Virus record (IMG/VR): IMGVR_UViG_2595698887_000001
Source: a virus
Taxonomy: Duplodnaviria > Heunggongvirae > Uroviricota > Caudoviricetes
Strand: one strand, 5' to 3'
DNA length: 38,514 bases
The position numbers and the translations under genes were made by a program. The notes beneath the pieces were generated by a model that was given only the letters and a program-made list of their open reading frames with translations, made no database searches and was not told the DNA's origin. Below are positions 1-8,672 of the stretch, in pieces; the stretch's first letter is position 1; each line of letters begins with the position of its first letter.

Positions 1-1995
1 TCATTTGGTTTCTCCTTTGCTATCAATAAATTGTCGATACTCGACCATCTCTGGTGAGTTAAAGTGCTTCAGGTCAACGTACTTCAGAAGCGGATACTTG
101 GCCTTTTTAGCAGCAAGCAGTTTCTTCCCGATCCGGATACGTGCTTTGACGAGGCGCTCCGCTTTTCTTTCAATGTCATAATAACCCCTGATGTTAGAGA
201 GGGATAAAGACATGTTCACCTTTTGCACATATTCAGGGTCTTTCTTAACTTCCACACCGAATACCGCCAAGTTATTGACCAGAAGCTTGTAGTCAGTTGT
301 CTTAGTCAATTCCTTCAGATGATATTCCATGAGGTTTGTTTTAGCAAGCTCATATAAATCATCGCGGTCAATGATGCGGGTTTCATCCGGCAACCACCCA
401 ACCCGGTTCAGCGGGACAATGTACAGCTTCCCGGTGACCCCAAGGTCTTTCAGGAAGGTATCGGACTGCTTACGCCTGTGGGTTAACCCAGAAACAGCAC
501 CCAGAGGGCAATCACCCTTCACCTGACCACCACTATAGATCATGGCAACGTCGATGTCATCAAAATCCGCACGGGAGATGCGGTTGTGACGGATTGAACC
601 GTCTTGCTCAATAATCCACACAGCGTGACCCGGTTCATACAGGCTATAGCCACCGTACTTTTTCTCACCTTTAACAACCGGACGTTTTTCCAGGTTAGAG
701 AGTTTGAAGACCATGCCGACAAAGAACGGGTCATCGAGGATCTGTAAGGCCTCTGGCAGTTCGGTGACGTACACACGCTTAAAGCGCTTCTCAGACAGCC
801 AGTTACACTTAGTACGGATGCACTTACCATCATCGTTGTATACCAGTGGTGAGCCGTTCATTAGGTCAGAATAACCGTAATCCCGGCCTGTTTCACGACG
901 GGTGCCTTTTTCACCATAGGAGATACACTTCTCGATCTTGAACGTTCCGAAATGCTCCTTGAACTTGTCTGCAATGAATCCAGACCCATAACGGTTGGAG
1001 AAATAACCCCCAACACGCTTCATGTATTCAAGCACTTCTTTCAGTGTGGGGAGCTTTTTGAGTTCTTCCACGACTTCGCTGCCGCGCTTTTCAATAGCCT
1101 CGGTAACAAACTTCTCAAGGCGATCACGGAAGCCACGGTCATTCTTCCCTTCAATCGTCCACTCACGACCTGGGTTCACATCACAATCCCCGATAGGGAT
1201 GGAAACCATCATCATAGGCCAGTCTTTATGGCTGGACAAGAAGTTGGACAGATACGGTTGTTGTCCCATAACTACAACGCTATCGGAGTTTTTGGATACA
1301 GACCCATACATCTCCAGCAGCCAACCACTGTCTTTATCTTCATAACGGTACTGAACCGGGTAGGTACGGTCGTTAAGTTCAGACGTGACGAATGGGTCAT
1401 TGATCTCAAACGGGAACTTAGCGTACCGCAGGCATTTTACAATGGCCTGACGATATTTGTAAGTCTCGGAAGGATCGACGTTGAATTTTATTTCAACACC
1501 ATTTTCCTCTTCTGTTTGTGATTCGTGCAGAGGAACAACCTCCGGGATACCCTCGTTCTTGTGAACAGAGTAAACAGTTTTAATCCCGTCCTTAATCGAC
1601 GTGACCGTAAACATATCCGTCACAGTAAACGGAGCTTTAGACCCGATACCTTTTGCACCAATCAGGTCGTTAGAATCACGCTTGGTGGAAGACCCCAACA
1701 TCATGAAGGTCTGGGTGACCATATTGAAATCCATACCAAGCCCTGAATCACGCACAGAATACCACGGTTCGAGGTCGGTTGGAGAGTGGATGACAATCGC
1801 TTTCTCACGGCACCCAGCCTCCGTGTGTGAGTCTACGGCGTTGAACAGCGGTTCACGCACCGCAGCCAGAACTTTATCATTATAAATACCGTCGATCAGA
1901 ATGCTGAAAGTCTCAGCATTGATTGCGATCCCAGCCTGATAGCGCTGTACGCTACCCGTTACCTGGACCTTCTCTTCGGCACGTTGGATTATCAT
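1..1995 (-). CDS. rIIA: rIIA-like protein with N-terminal GHKL/HATPase domain
   Basis: 664 aa; GHKL motifs REPLFNAVDSH, RDSGLGM, GAKGIGSKAPF; size and architecture match phage rIIA. Confidence 0.85.
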   Translation of the reverse strand: MIIQRAEEKVQVTGSVQRYQAGIAINAETFSILIDGIYNDKVLAAVREPLFNAVDSHTEAGCREKAIVIHSPTDLEPWYSVRDSGLGMDFNMVTQTFMMLGSSTKRDSNDLIGAKGIGSKAPFTVTDMFTVTSIKDGIKTVYSVHKNEGIPEVVPLHESQTEEENGVEIKFNVDPSETYKYRQAIVKCLRYAKFPFEINDPFVTSELNDRTYPVQYRYEDKDSGWLLEMYGSVSKNSDSVVVMGQQPYLSNFLSSHKDWPMMMVSIPIGDCDVNPGREWTIEGKNDRGFRDRLEKFVTEAIEKRGSEVVEELKKLPTLKEVLEYMKRVGGYFSNRYGSGFIADKFKEHFGTFKIEKCISYGEKGTRRETGRDYGYSDLMNGSPLVYNDDGKCIRTKCNWLSEKRFKRVYVTELPEALQILDDPFFVGMVFKLSNLEKRPVVKGEKKYGGYSLYEPGHAVWIIEQDGSIRHNRISRADFDDIDVAMIYSGGQVKGDCPLGAVSGLTHRRKQSDTFLKDLGVTGKLYIVPLNRVGWLPDETRIIDRDDLYELAKTNLMEYHLKELTKTTDYKLLVNNLAVFGVEVKKDPEYVQKVNMSLSLSNIRGYYDIERKAERLVKARIRIGKKLLAAKKAKYPLLKYVDLKHFNSPEMVEYRQFIDSKGETK

Positions 1996-2006
1996 CCGTT
2001 TCTCCT

Positions 2007-2180
2007 CTATTTGCAGTTATTTATGGGGTTTCTTTTGCGAGCCTTCCGCACGATGTAGATACCTGCCAGCAGGCCAAGAGCGTAAGCTCCAGACACTTGC
2101 TCCCAGAACATCCATTGAGTTAAAGACAGTATCACAAGATATGGGATAATGCAAACACAAAGTAGCAAAATACTCTTCAT
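2007..2180 (-). CDS. small membrane protein
   Basis: 57 aa from MKSILL; two hydrophobic stretches, basic C-terminus. Confidence 0.6.
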   Translation of the reverse strand: MKSILLLCVCIIPYLVILSLTQWMFWEQVSGAYALGLLAGIYIVRKARKRNPINNCK

Positions 2181-2184
2181 ACGT

Positions 2185-2715
2185 TCAGGCTCCCTGGGAT
2201 TCAGGCTTTTCTTTGTAGAAAATGTGGTTATCAATCCTTACAGTGCGAATCATAACTTTCGTCCAGTATGGCTTAACCTTCTTTGAGTGATAATACGTAG
2301 AACCCTTAGTGATGTCAAGGGCATCGTAAACAATTTTATTGGTCGTGTGGACTTTGATCAGGAATGAGGCGAACTCCTTTGCCTTTTCCCAACGTTCCTT
2401 TTCGTACACCTTGAAAGAAGAACTACCAGAGGTCCAAGAGAATTGTCCGGACTGATAGACGATCTTCTTTACGGTGTGTGGGAACTTATCGTTGTCCTTT
2501 CGGTTCAGGGTGACAAAGGCGATAGACATCATCCCAGAGTCACTTTCGCCACGGGCCTCACGATACATATTACATGCCAAGATATTTACCGCTGAATCAT
2601 CTTTTTTGCATAGATGAATCACCTTGGGCTTCTTTGCGTTGTCTTTAGCCAGTACAGGCGTGGTGGCTAGAGAAAAAGCACAGGCGGTTGCCAGAATAAG
2701 GTTCTTTACTTTCAA
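2185..2715 (-). CDS. SleB/Hydrolase_2-family cell wall hydrolase with signal peptide
   Basis: NMYREARGES, VYQSGQFSW, YYHSKKVKPYW, RIDNHIFY motifs; TTG start at 2715 behind GGAG; signal-like N-terminus. Confidence 0.85.
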   Translation of the reverse strand: MKVKNLILATACAFSLATTPVLAKDNAKKPKVIHLCKKDDSAVNILACNMYREARGESDSGMMSIAFVTLNRKDNDKFPHTVKKIVYQSGQFSWTSGSSSFKVYEKERWEKAKEFASFLIKVHTTNKIVYDALDITKGSTYYHSKKVKPYWTKVMIRTVRIDNHIFYKEKPESQGA

Positions 2716-2728
2716 ATTACGCTCCAAA

Positions 2729-2753
2729 TTAAAAAGCCCCAGGGCAGGGGCTA
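2729..2753 (-). terminator. intrinsic terminator
   Basis: AGCCCC-N6-GGGGCT stem followed by a T run on the minus strand. Confidence 0.6.
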
Positions 2754-2757
2754 TCAA

Positions 2758-3171
2758 TTAACGGCGGGAGATATCGCCTGAGACAGTTTTTACATTGCCT
2801 TCTATAGTTGCTGCACGTACATCTCCGGACACTGTGGTAACGTCACCAAGTGCGCCGTTTTCGACATGAACATCACCAGAGGTGGTTTTGATATTACCCG
2901 CCACTGTGCCGTATACGTTCACACCGCCAGATACTGTGTGGATATCTCCGGTATTACCGTGGATCACTATAGTGATGTTCTTTTCTTTTGTGGTTTGTAC
3001 AAGCTCACCGTTGATGAAGATGTTATCTCCATCTGAGGTGATATTCATGTTTCCACCCACAATATTACCGTTGATGACTGTGTTGCCATTAATGGTAATA
3101 ACATTCGATTTTACCACTTTTTCCTCCATTTGTCTTCTTTTGGCATTACACCATTCTCGAAGTCCCATCAT
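2758..3171 (-). CDS. hypothetical protein with repeated T(V/T)SGDV motifs (beta-solenoid, DUF4097-like)
   Basis: TVSGGV, TTSGDV, TVSGDV, TVSGDI repeats. Confidence 0.7.
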   Translation of the reverse strand: MMGLREWCNAKRRQMEEKVVKSNVITINGNTVINGNIVGGNMNITSDGDNIFINGELVQTTKEKNITIVIHGNTGDIHTVSGGVNVYGTVAGNIKTTSGDVHVENGALGDVTTVSGDVRAATIEGNVKTVSGDISRR

Positions 3172-3373
3172 TCCCTCCGATCACAACAGGGTCAAGAACC
3201 AAGTCTGACTCCCCGATAAAGCGCCAACCCATGCTATCAATTGAGTACGCCCACTCTGCTTTATTATAGTCATCTCCTTCTGACCAATACAATGCCGAGA
3301 CTGGTGCTACCTTTCCAGTATCCTTATCGCGTACCACATCGCCAATTTTAAACTTTGGTGTTGTCTGCTGCAT
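3146..3373 (-). CDS. hypothetical protein (KOW/SH3-like start KFKIGDVV)
   Basis: 75 aa; overlaps neighbours in the operon. Confidence 0.6.
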   Translation of the reverse strand: MQQTTPKFKIGDVVRDKDTGKVAPVSALYWSEGDDYNKAEWAYSIDSMGWRFIGESDLVLDPVVIGGNDGTSRMV

Positions 3374-3527
3374 GAATTATCCTCGCTTTTTGAACTGAGA
3401 AGACAAACGTACCATGTTCTTCTACGTATTGTCTACCCATTTCTTCATCTTCGAAGATGATTGTGTCGATCTTAGACTCTACAGGCCTGTCCTTAACAGG
3501 CCGTGAGGTGCATACGATCAGCGCCAT
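3348..3527 (-). CDS. hypothetical protein
   Basis: 59 aa; TAATG coupling to the ligase stop. Confidence 0.6.
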   Translation of the reverse strand: MALIVCTSRPVKDRPVESKIDTIIFEDEEMGRQYVEEHGTFVFSVQKARIIHAADNTKV

Positions 3528-4573
3528 TACAGAGGACTCTCGTTCAGCTTCTGCATGTACCAACCACGAGATTTGTTGCTGATAAACTTAGCAACATCCT
3601 TCATGGTCAGAGAGTTAGCTTCCAGAACATCACCTTCTTCCTTGTTGATGTCACGGCTCACCCATGCAATGAACTCACCAATCTTAGACTGATCAAGACC
3701 AACCTCACCAAGGCCCTGCTCCAGACGGTTTTCAGTCACAGCGTACTCAACGAACTCACGCATGTTCTGGAGCCGTACCGGGTCAACCTCTGCCAGAGTT
3801 TTCACCTTGGACACAGAGTGCTTCTCACCTTTCACCTTGAACCACAGACCGGAATCTTTAGCCAGTTCTGGTTGCAGTGGGGACCAAACGATACCCTCAC
3901 CCACACCCTCAACACCAAAGTGTTTACCGACCGGGCAGGCGGCTTCTACCTGCATCGTCAGGGTTGTCAGATCGTTCTGTACCTGCTCAGGTTCATTGAA
4001 CGGAATATTCACGGACCAGAAACCGAAGTCAAGAACACTGAAGATACGCTCTTGTGGCAAGCCAATCCCGTACTGGAAGTTTGGTGGCATCCAGTTCAGG
4101 GCATTGCCCTCTTCATTGCGACCAACAGCAACACGGAAGATCGTGAAGAAAGGTTCAACCTCGCTTACAGCGACACCCTTCTGGATACCACGACCAGCCC
4201 ACTCACCAGCAATCTCGACCGGGAAGGAGAACGGTGTGCCGTTGCATTCGCACAGGTATTTAACCTGTTCCAAAAGCTCTTTGGTGTCTTTACGCACCAT
4301 GAACGCAGCAAAGCCGTTGTTGTCGTCACCGACCTGGACGATACGTTCTTTGGACTGGAAAACAACTTCATCTTCAGAGTGGAAGACAATGCTGCCGTTG
4401 GTCCCGTGGATCTTAACCGTACCGATGTACGGGATCAGATACTGATCCGGCGCAACAACTTTACGCTTGATGTTGCCATTATCATCAATACCATCAAAGG
4501 TCAGACGATCATGGATTGCCTTGATCACCTGACGGAACTGATGTGTGCTTGGGTATTTAATAGGTTTAGTCAA
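3527..4573 (-). CDS. RNA ligase, Rnl2-like nucleotidyltransferase
   Basis: motif I KIHGTN, III GEWAG, IV GEGIVW, V FKVK. Confidence 0.8.
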   Translation of the reverse strand: MTKPIKYPSTHQFRQVIKAIHDRLTFDGIDDNGNIKRKVVAPDQYLIPYIGTVKIHGTNGSIVFHSEDEVVFQSKERIVQVGDDNNGFAAFMVRKDTKELLEQVKYLCECNGTPFSFPVEIAGEWAGRGIQKGVAVSEVEPFFTIFRVAVGRNEEGNALNWMPPNFQYGIGLPQERIFSVLDFGFWSVNIPFNEPEQVQNDLTTLTMQVEAACPVGKHFGVEGVGEGIVWSPLQPELAKDSGLWFKVKGEKHSVSKVKTLAEVDPVRLQNMREFVEYAVTENRLEQGLGEVGLDQSKIGEFIAWVSRDINKEEGDVLEANSLTMKDVAKFISNKSRGWYMQKLNESPL

Positions 4574-4931
4574 TTTTAGACTCCTTATTTGGTACGACAG
4601 CTTGTGTGATCAGGTTGTCAAGGTCGTCAAACCAACCTGGGGTACTTAGGAACATTGCCAGGTTGACAGACTCCAAACAGTAAGCACTGTTCATCGTAAT
4701 AGCATATACCTTGCCGTTTTCGAACAGCAGGTTTTGTACCGTAGAAGTACGGATCGGACCATTGTCAAATCCACGGTTGTGGTGGTCTCGCCCTGCCAGG
4801 AAGCCGCAGATGCAACGAGGCCAAACCTCAACAAACGGACGGGCATTTACGATAACACCAGCATAGCGTTTACCGCCAATTTCTACTACTGTTTGTGGTG
4901 CAATACCATCTACAGATTTACTCATTGTCAT
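4566..4931 (-). CDS. hypothetical protein
   Basis: 121 aa; start behind a purine-rich RBS. Confidence 0.6.
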   Translation of the reverse strand: MTMSKSVDGIAPQTVVEIGGKRYAGVIVNARPFVEVWPRCICGFLAGRDHHNRGFDNGPIRTSTVQNLLFENGKVYAITMNSAYCLESVNLAMFLSTPGWFDDLDNLITQAVVPNKESKID

Positions 4932-5190
4932 TACTCTTCCCCTCAAATATATATCGTACAAGAAGTTCACTAATTTGAACTATGACATAACGCGTTTGTT
5001 CATCGAACTTAACCTTCACCGGACGATCCCCGTTATTAGGATCATAGACGGTCTTGGAGCAAAGATTCCATGCGTTCTTAGCCGCCCCGGTGGTTACCCA
5101 TCCAATCTTTGTACCGTTCGAGTTCCAAAGCTTACCCTCTTGAGTATCGTATATGACGAATACTGAGTCAAGGTGTTTTTTAGACTTCAT
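4918..5190 (-). CDS. hypothetical protein, paralog of 5180-5422
   Basis: 90 aa from MKSKK; shares F.I.DT, G.AK.A, KF.EQTR..IV. Confidence 0.65.
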   Translation of the reverse strand: MKSKKHLDSVFVIYDTQEGKLWNSNGTKIGWVTTGAAKNAWNLCSKTVYDPNNGDRPVKVKFDEQTRYVIVQISELLVRYIFEGKSNDNE

Positions 5191-5422
5191 GAGCAATAAT
5201 TCCGTCTGGTGTGATCGCCACCCGGACAATCTTAAAGCGTGTTTGCTCACCGAACTTACAGCGAAGCGGATTCTTCGCACTGGAAGAAAATGCTGTCTTA
5301 GCAATTCCAGAGGATGAATATGCTACACGGTTCATACCAGAGAACCAGAAAGAGTTGCTTTCAGTATCAAGAATAGCAAATAGCTCTTTCTGTTGCTCTG
5401 CGGATTTATGTTTGTAGTACAT
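5180..5422 (-). CDS. hypothetical protein, paralog of 4918-5190
   Basis: 80 aa; same motifs. Confidence 0.65.
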   Translation of the reverse strand: MYYKHKSAEQQKELFAILDTESNSFWFSGMNRVAYSSSGIAKTAFSSSAKNPLRCKFGEQTRFKIVRVAITPDGIIAHEV

Positions 5423-5622
5423 TATTCCTCCAGTTTCCAGCCGCGTTTATTAAGCCACTCGTCGATCTGAATCCCGTTGCCATCACCACTTGGCTTCTCA
5501 GCACCAAGCAATAACACAACAAAGCTCTGTCCACGAGGGGCTGTATATGAGAACACTGTGTTCCCAACATGAAGATCGATCTTTTTGGTATGTGCAACCA
5601 TACCGTCTTTTAGTTCAATCAT
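5422..5622 (-). CDS. hypothetical protein
   Basis: 66 aa from MIELKDG; ATGA overlap with the upstream gene. Confidence 0.6.
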   Translation of the reverse strand: MIELKDGMVAHTKKIDLHVGNTVFSYTAPRGQSFVVLLLGAEKPSGDGNGIQIDEWLNKRGWKLEE

Positions 5623-5804
5623 TTCCAGTTCCCATTGAAAAGCCGCAGTACCAGGAGGTTCATGAAGTACAGGGGCCAAAGCAGGCCCATGAACACACCA
5701 CCAAAAAGATCCATAGTGTCTAATCTCCAGAATTGCTGCGCTCTTTTCATGAAGATATAAAACCCTACGAATGCGAACAGAAGATAGATAATCCCAACCA
5801 TCAC
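5619..5804 (-). CDS. small membrane protein
   Basis: 61 aa; two hydrophobic helices. Confidence 0.6.
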   Translation of the reverse strand: MMVGIIYLLFAFVGFYIFMKRAQQFWRLDTMDLFGGVFMGLLWPLYFMNLLVLRLFNGNWK

Positions 5805-6295
5805 TTTTTCTCCGGAAGAATGTAGATCGTGACATCACAATCGAAGAAAATTGATTTGATCATCGCCTCGATGACATTCCAGTCACCACCTGCAAGACCA
5901 GCACCGATTTTCGGGAAACCGATTTTATAGTCAGCTACAGAACCGTCTGTAAAGCTCTGTAAGGCCTTCTTCATTTGATCCAACGAATCATACAGGGCAT
6001 TGTAATCGAGGTCACGTAGGCCCTGTTTACGGCGATTATAGCCATATTGCGAATACAGATTAAAACCAGCAGCTTCACCATCTTTCAGGAAGGCCATTGT
6101 GTAGGTCCCAAGTTTGGCCTTATCGCCTTTCTCGGTCTTCAAATCCGCAGAGTACATTTTAGGGAATGCCTCTTTGATCAGTGGAGCAATACCGCTACCC
6201 ATCGTGCAAAAACAGTTGCAGCCATGCGCGAACACGTTCACTTCCCCGCTCTTGATGGCTTCGATCAGGTCACCAACTTTGTATTTGAAGCTCAT
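5801..6295 (-). CDS. macro-domain protein (ADP-ribose binding/hydrolase, T4 Tk.4-like)
   Basis: HGCNCFCTMGSGIA and PKIGAGLAGGDW macro motifs. Confidence 0.85.
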   Translation of the reverse strand: MSFKYKVGDLIEAIKSGEVNVFAHGCNCFCTMGSGIAPLIKEAFPKMYSADLKTEKGDKAKLGTYTMAFLKDGEAAGFNLYSQYGYNRRKQGLRDLDYNALYDSLDQMKKALQSFTDGSVADYKIGFPKIGAGLAGGDWNVIEAMIKSIFFDCDVTIYILPEKK

Positions 6296-6804
6296 TTCTT
6301 CACCTCCATACCGAGTTTAGCAGCAATCGCAGCATCGACAATTCCGGCAAAGTTTTGGTTAAGACGAGCAGACACATGTTTGTCAACATCAAGAAGCGCC
6401 TGGGCGATCTTACGATCAATGCTTTCCTTCATCCTTTCAGTGGCTTTATCAATAATTCCATTGACAAGCTTGTCGAATTCTGTCGAGGCAAGATTTTCAA
6501 CGTGGCGGGTTACTTGACCACGGATTTTATCCGCAGCGTAATCTTTCACGGTGTCTGGTTTGTTCCACCCGTTGTTCTGGATATTCTTTTCAAGCTCTGT
6601 TCTGACCATGCCTGACAGGTCATACATGCCGCACTCCTGCTGCACATGACGACGAATTGCGTTGTCGATATCGTGAGATACCTGGCGTTCCAGTGCTCGT
6701 TTGGCGATATTATTCACCACAGCTTGTTGCAGGTTGACGCGAAGCTCTGTCCCTTCCGGGAAGAGCTTTTCTACTGCCGCTGTGTCCAGTTTTAATTCAA
6801 CCAT
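6292..6804 (-). CDS. hypothetical helical/coiled-coil protein
   Basis: 170 aa; ATGA coupling. Confidence 0.7.
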   Translation of the reverse strand: MVELKLDTAAVEKLFPEGTELRVNLQQAVVNNIAKRALERQVSHDIDNAIRRHVQQECGMYDLSGMVRTELEKNIQNNGWNKPDTVKDYAADKIRGQVTRHVENLASTEFDKLVNGIIDKATERMKESIDRKIAQALLDVDKHVSARLNQNFAGIVDAAIAAKLGMEVKK

Positions 6805-7017
6805 TTAGTAGTCCTCTTTCAAAATGCTCATGATAGGCTCAATAAGGTATTCAGCCTTAACCTTTTTATACCCGCCGGGATCTGGAACCTTCATGGTGAT
6901 AACATGTTGATCCCCAACAATCTCGATGACAAAATCATCACATGAGAATGTTGCAACCTCACCAACAATGGTCAAGCAGGATATCTGTGCAGGTTTTGAA
7001 TCATCAAAAAGTGTCAT
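6805..7017 (-). CDS. hypothetical protein
   Basis: 70 aa; ATGA coupling. Confidence 0.55.
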   Translation of the reverse strand: MTLFDDSKPAQISCLTIVGEVATFSCDDFVIEIVGDQHVITMKVPDPGGYKKVKAEYLIEPIMSILKEDY

Positions 7018-7190
7018 GCACAACTCCTCTCGATAAAAGCAGCCATGCTCTCACGAGCTTCTGCTTTTGTTTTAGCACAGACAACGAATACTCGGTGTCC
7101 TTTGTAGGTGTATCCTCCCATAACTTTGTCAGCGGTGTCAAGCCACCAACGCTCATTAAGCTCGGATTTCTGGAATTTAAATTTAGCCAT
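7014..7190 (-). CDS. hypothetical protein
   Basis: 58 aa from MAKFKF. Confidence 0.55.
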   Translation of the reverse strand: MAKFKFQKSELNERWWLDTADKVMGGYTYKGHRVFVVCAKTKAEARESMAAFIERSCA

Positions 7191-7458
7191 CTTCTTCCAC
7201 CAGTTTGATAAGTTCATTCAAGTAGGCTTGGGCTTTTCGCAAGTCTTCTAACCTTTTAGGCTTCTGGGCTTTCAGTTCAACCTCGGCCTTTCTATCCGGA
7301 AGATAGCCGTAGCTTGCAAGCACATCAAGGCTTATAACCTCTGGAATCACATCCTGACAGCCACAATCACACCACATGTTACCAAGCCTCAGAAAGGTTC
7401 CGCACCCACGACACTTACAAAAGCATTGATATCTGCTATCAGGGATGTCTTTCATCAT
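7183..7458 (-). CDS. Cys-rich (zinc-ribbon-like) hypothetical protein
   Basis: CFCKCRGC and CDCGC clusters. Confidence 0.6.
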   Translation of the reverse strand: MMKDIPDSRYQCFCKCRGCGTFLRLGNMWCDCGCQDVIPEVISLDVLASYGYLPDRKAEVELKAQKPKRLEDLRKAQAYLNELIKLVEEDG

Positions 7459-7652
7459 CGGTTATACCAGGAAACATGTGTGGCCCACTCTGGGCGTGGT
7501 TTCCAGCAGCTTAAGTTAGACTCATACTTGTCGTTTTTGCACCAGTAACCATCCCCATCATCAGGAATGAATGCCCCGACCCTAACACAGTTTGTCCAGT
7601 CCTCCACGGACATAACATCAGCGTAGGACGGGATAGGTTTGAATTCTACCAT
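7455..7652 (-). CDS. hypothetical protein
   Basis: 65 aa; GAFIPDDGDGYW motif. Confidence 0.65.
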   Translation of the reverse strand: MVEFKPIPSYADVMSVEDWTNCVRVGAFIPDDGDGYWCKNDKYESNLSCWKPRPEWATHVSWYNR

Positions 7653-7939
7653 AACTCCCCCTTCATTAAAACAATACGGTTGCGTTGAGCAAAGTCACGA
7701 ACAAAGTGAACATACTCTTTGTCGTGTTCAGAAATCTTAGCCAGAATCGACCCAGCAGATTCACCAGCAGTCCAGGAAGACTGGCAGAAGCCGTTGTCTT
7801 CACGAATGTGGCAGTTCTTTGGGTCAGGACCATACTGGTCTTTCACGTAGTCGATATCGAGGGAGCCAAGACGGACAAGGCGATCATCGCCCTCTTTATC
7901 AACGATGTAAATATAACCGAAACCGGGTCTACGACTCAT
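7646..7939 (-). CDS. hypothetical protein
   Basis: 97 aa; operon-coupled. Confidence 0.6.
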   Translation of the reverse strand: MSRRPGFGYIYIVDKEGDDRLVRLGSLDIDYVKDQYGPDPKNCHIREDNGFCQSSWTAGESAGSILAKISEHDKEYVHFVRDFAQRNRIVLMKGELW

Positions 7940-8088
7940 GCTTTGCTCTCCACGTAATATGGCAGGCGTTTGATCAGGTCTTCAGGAGCACCGCTCTCTG
8001 TCCAAGTAAGGCCTTGGTCACCAGACACATAGCCTTTGCCATTGACAAACTTACGCCAGATATTGCGAAACTGGTTTTTATAAATCAT
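7936..8088 (-). CDS. hypothetical protein (below ORF-track cutoff)
   Basis: MIYKNQFRNIWRKF..., 50 aa; ATGA overlaps at both ends. Confidence 0.55.
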   Translation of the reverse strand: MIYKNQFRNIWRKFVNGKGYVSGDQGLTWTESGAPEDLIKRLPYYVESKA

Positions 8089-8276
8089 TCGATCACACTC
8101 CAGCCTTCATCCTGCCAGGATTCTCCACGATACCAACCTGCCATAGGGCAACCGTCTTCTGCGTAGATGCGTCCACCAACCATTTCAAACCACTCATCAC
8201 TGGTGAAATATTGGTTACGTACACGCTTACCTTCACGCATGGCCTGCTGTGCTTCTTCCCAGGTTAATTTAGACAC
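8085..8276 (-). CDS. small protein with weak Tad2/DUF2829-like resemblance
   Basis: LTWEEAQQAMREGKRVR N-terminus and DEGWSVIE C-terminus; GTG start behind AAGGGG. Confidence 0.55.
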   Translation of the reverse strand: MSKLTWEEAQQAMREGKRVRNQYFTSDEWFEMVGGRIYAEDGCPMAGWYRGESWQDEGWSVIE

Positions 8277-8610
8277 GGTATTTCCCCTTCTTGTTCTTGA
8301 AGCCATTAGAGATCTTCTGACCAGCCAGGAATTTCGGATTTGTCAGACGAGATTCAAAAGACTGACGAACCTTGTGTGCCAGAGTAGAGCAGTAATCCAC
8401 ATCGGACAGTGCTTCCTGATTCGCTTTAACACGGATACGCTTCACACTTGGAACGATGGTCAGCCCACCAAAGCCGTCAACGTAATAGAACTCAACCTCA
8501 TAACCACCAGTGGTAAGTTCGTTGAAGATTGGGAAGGTCTGTTGCAGTGCTTCTTTATGTGCAAGAGACATCAGACGTTGTTGGTCGTTCAAAGTTTCAG
8601 TGATTTGCAT
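8269..8610 (-). CDS. hypothetical protein
   Basis: 113 aa; GAGG RBS; follows the promoter at 8644-8672. Confidence 0.6.
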   Translation of the reverse strand: MQITETLNDQQRLMSLAHKEALQQTFPIFNELTTGGYEVEFYYVDGFGGLTIVPSVKRIRVKANQEALSDVDYCSTLAHKVRQSFESRLTNPKFLAGQKISNGFKNKKGKYRV

Positions 8611-8643
8611 TGAGTTTATCCTCGTTTTGTTTGGTATGCACAA

Positions 8644-8672
8644 AGATTAACAGCCTCCGAAGAGGCTGTCAA
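8644..8672 (-). promoter_or_regulatory. sigma70 promoter with embedded hairpin
   Basis: TTGACA-17-TAATCT; ACAGCCTC-TTCG-GAGGCTGT spans the spacer. Confidence 0.75.

Noticed and set aside
3503-4579. 358-aa plus-strand ORF (also 952-1521 and similar antisense ORFs)
   Set aside because: Antisense shadow of the RNA ligase/rIIA genes; no RBS or motifs
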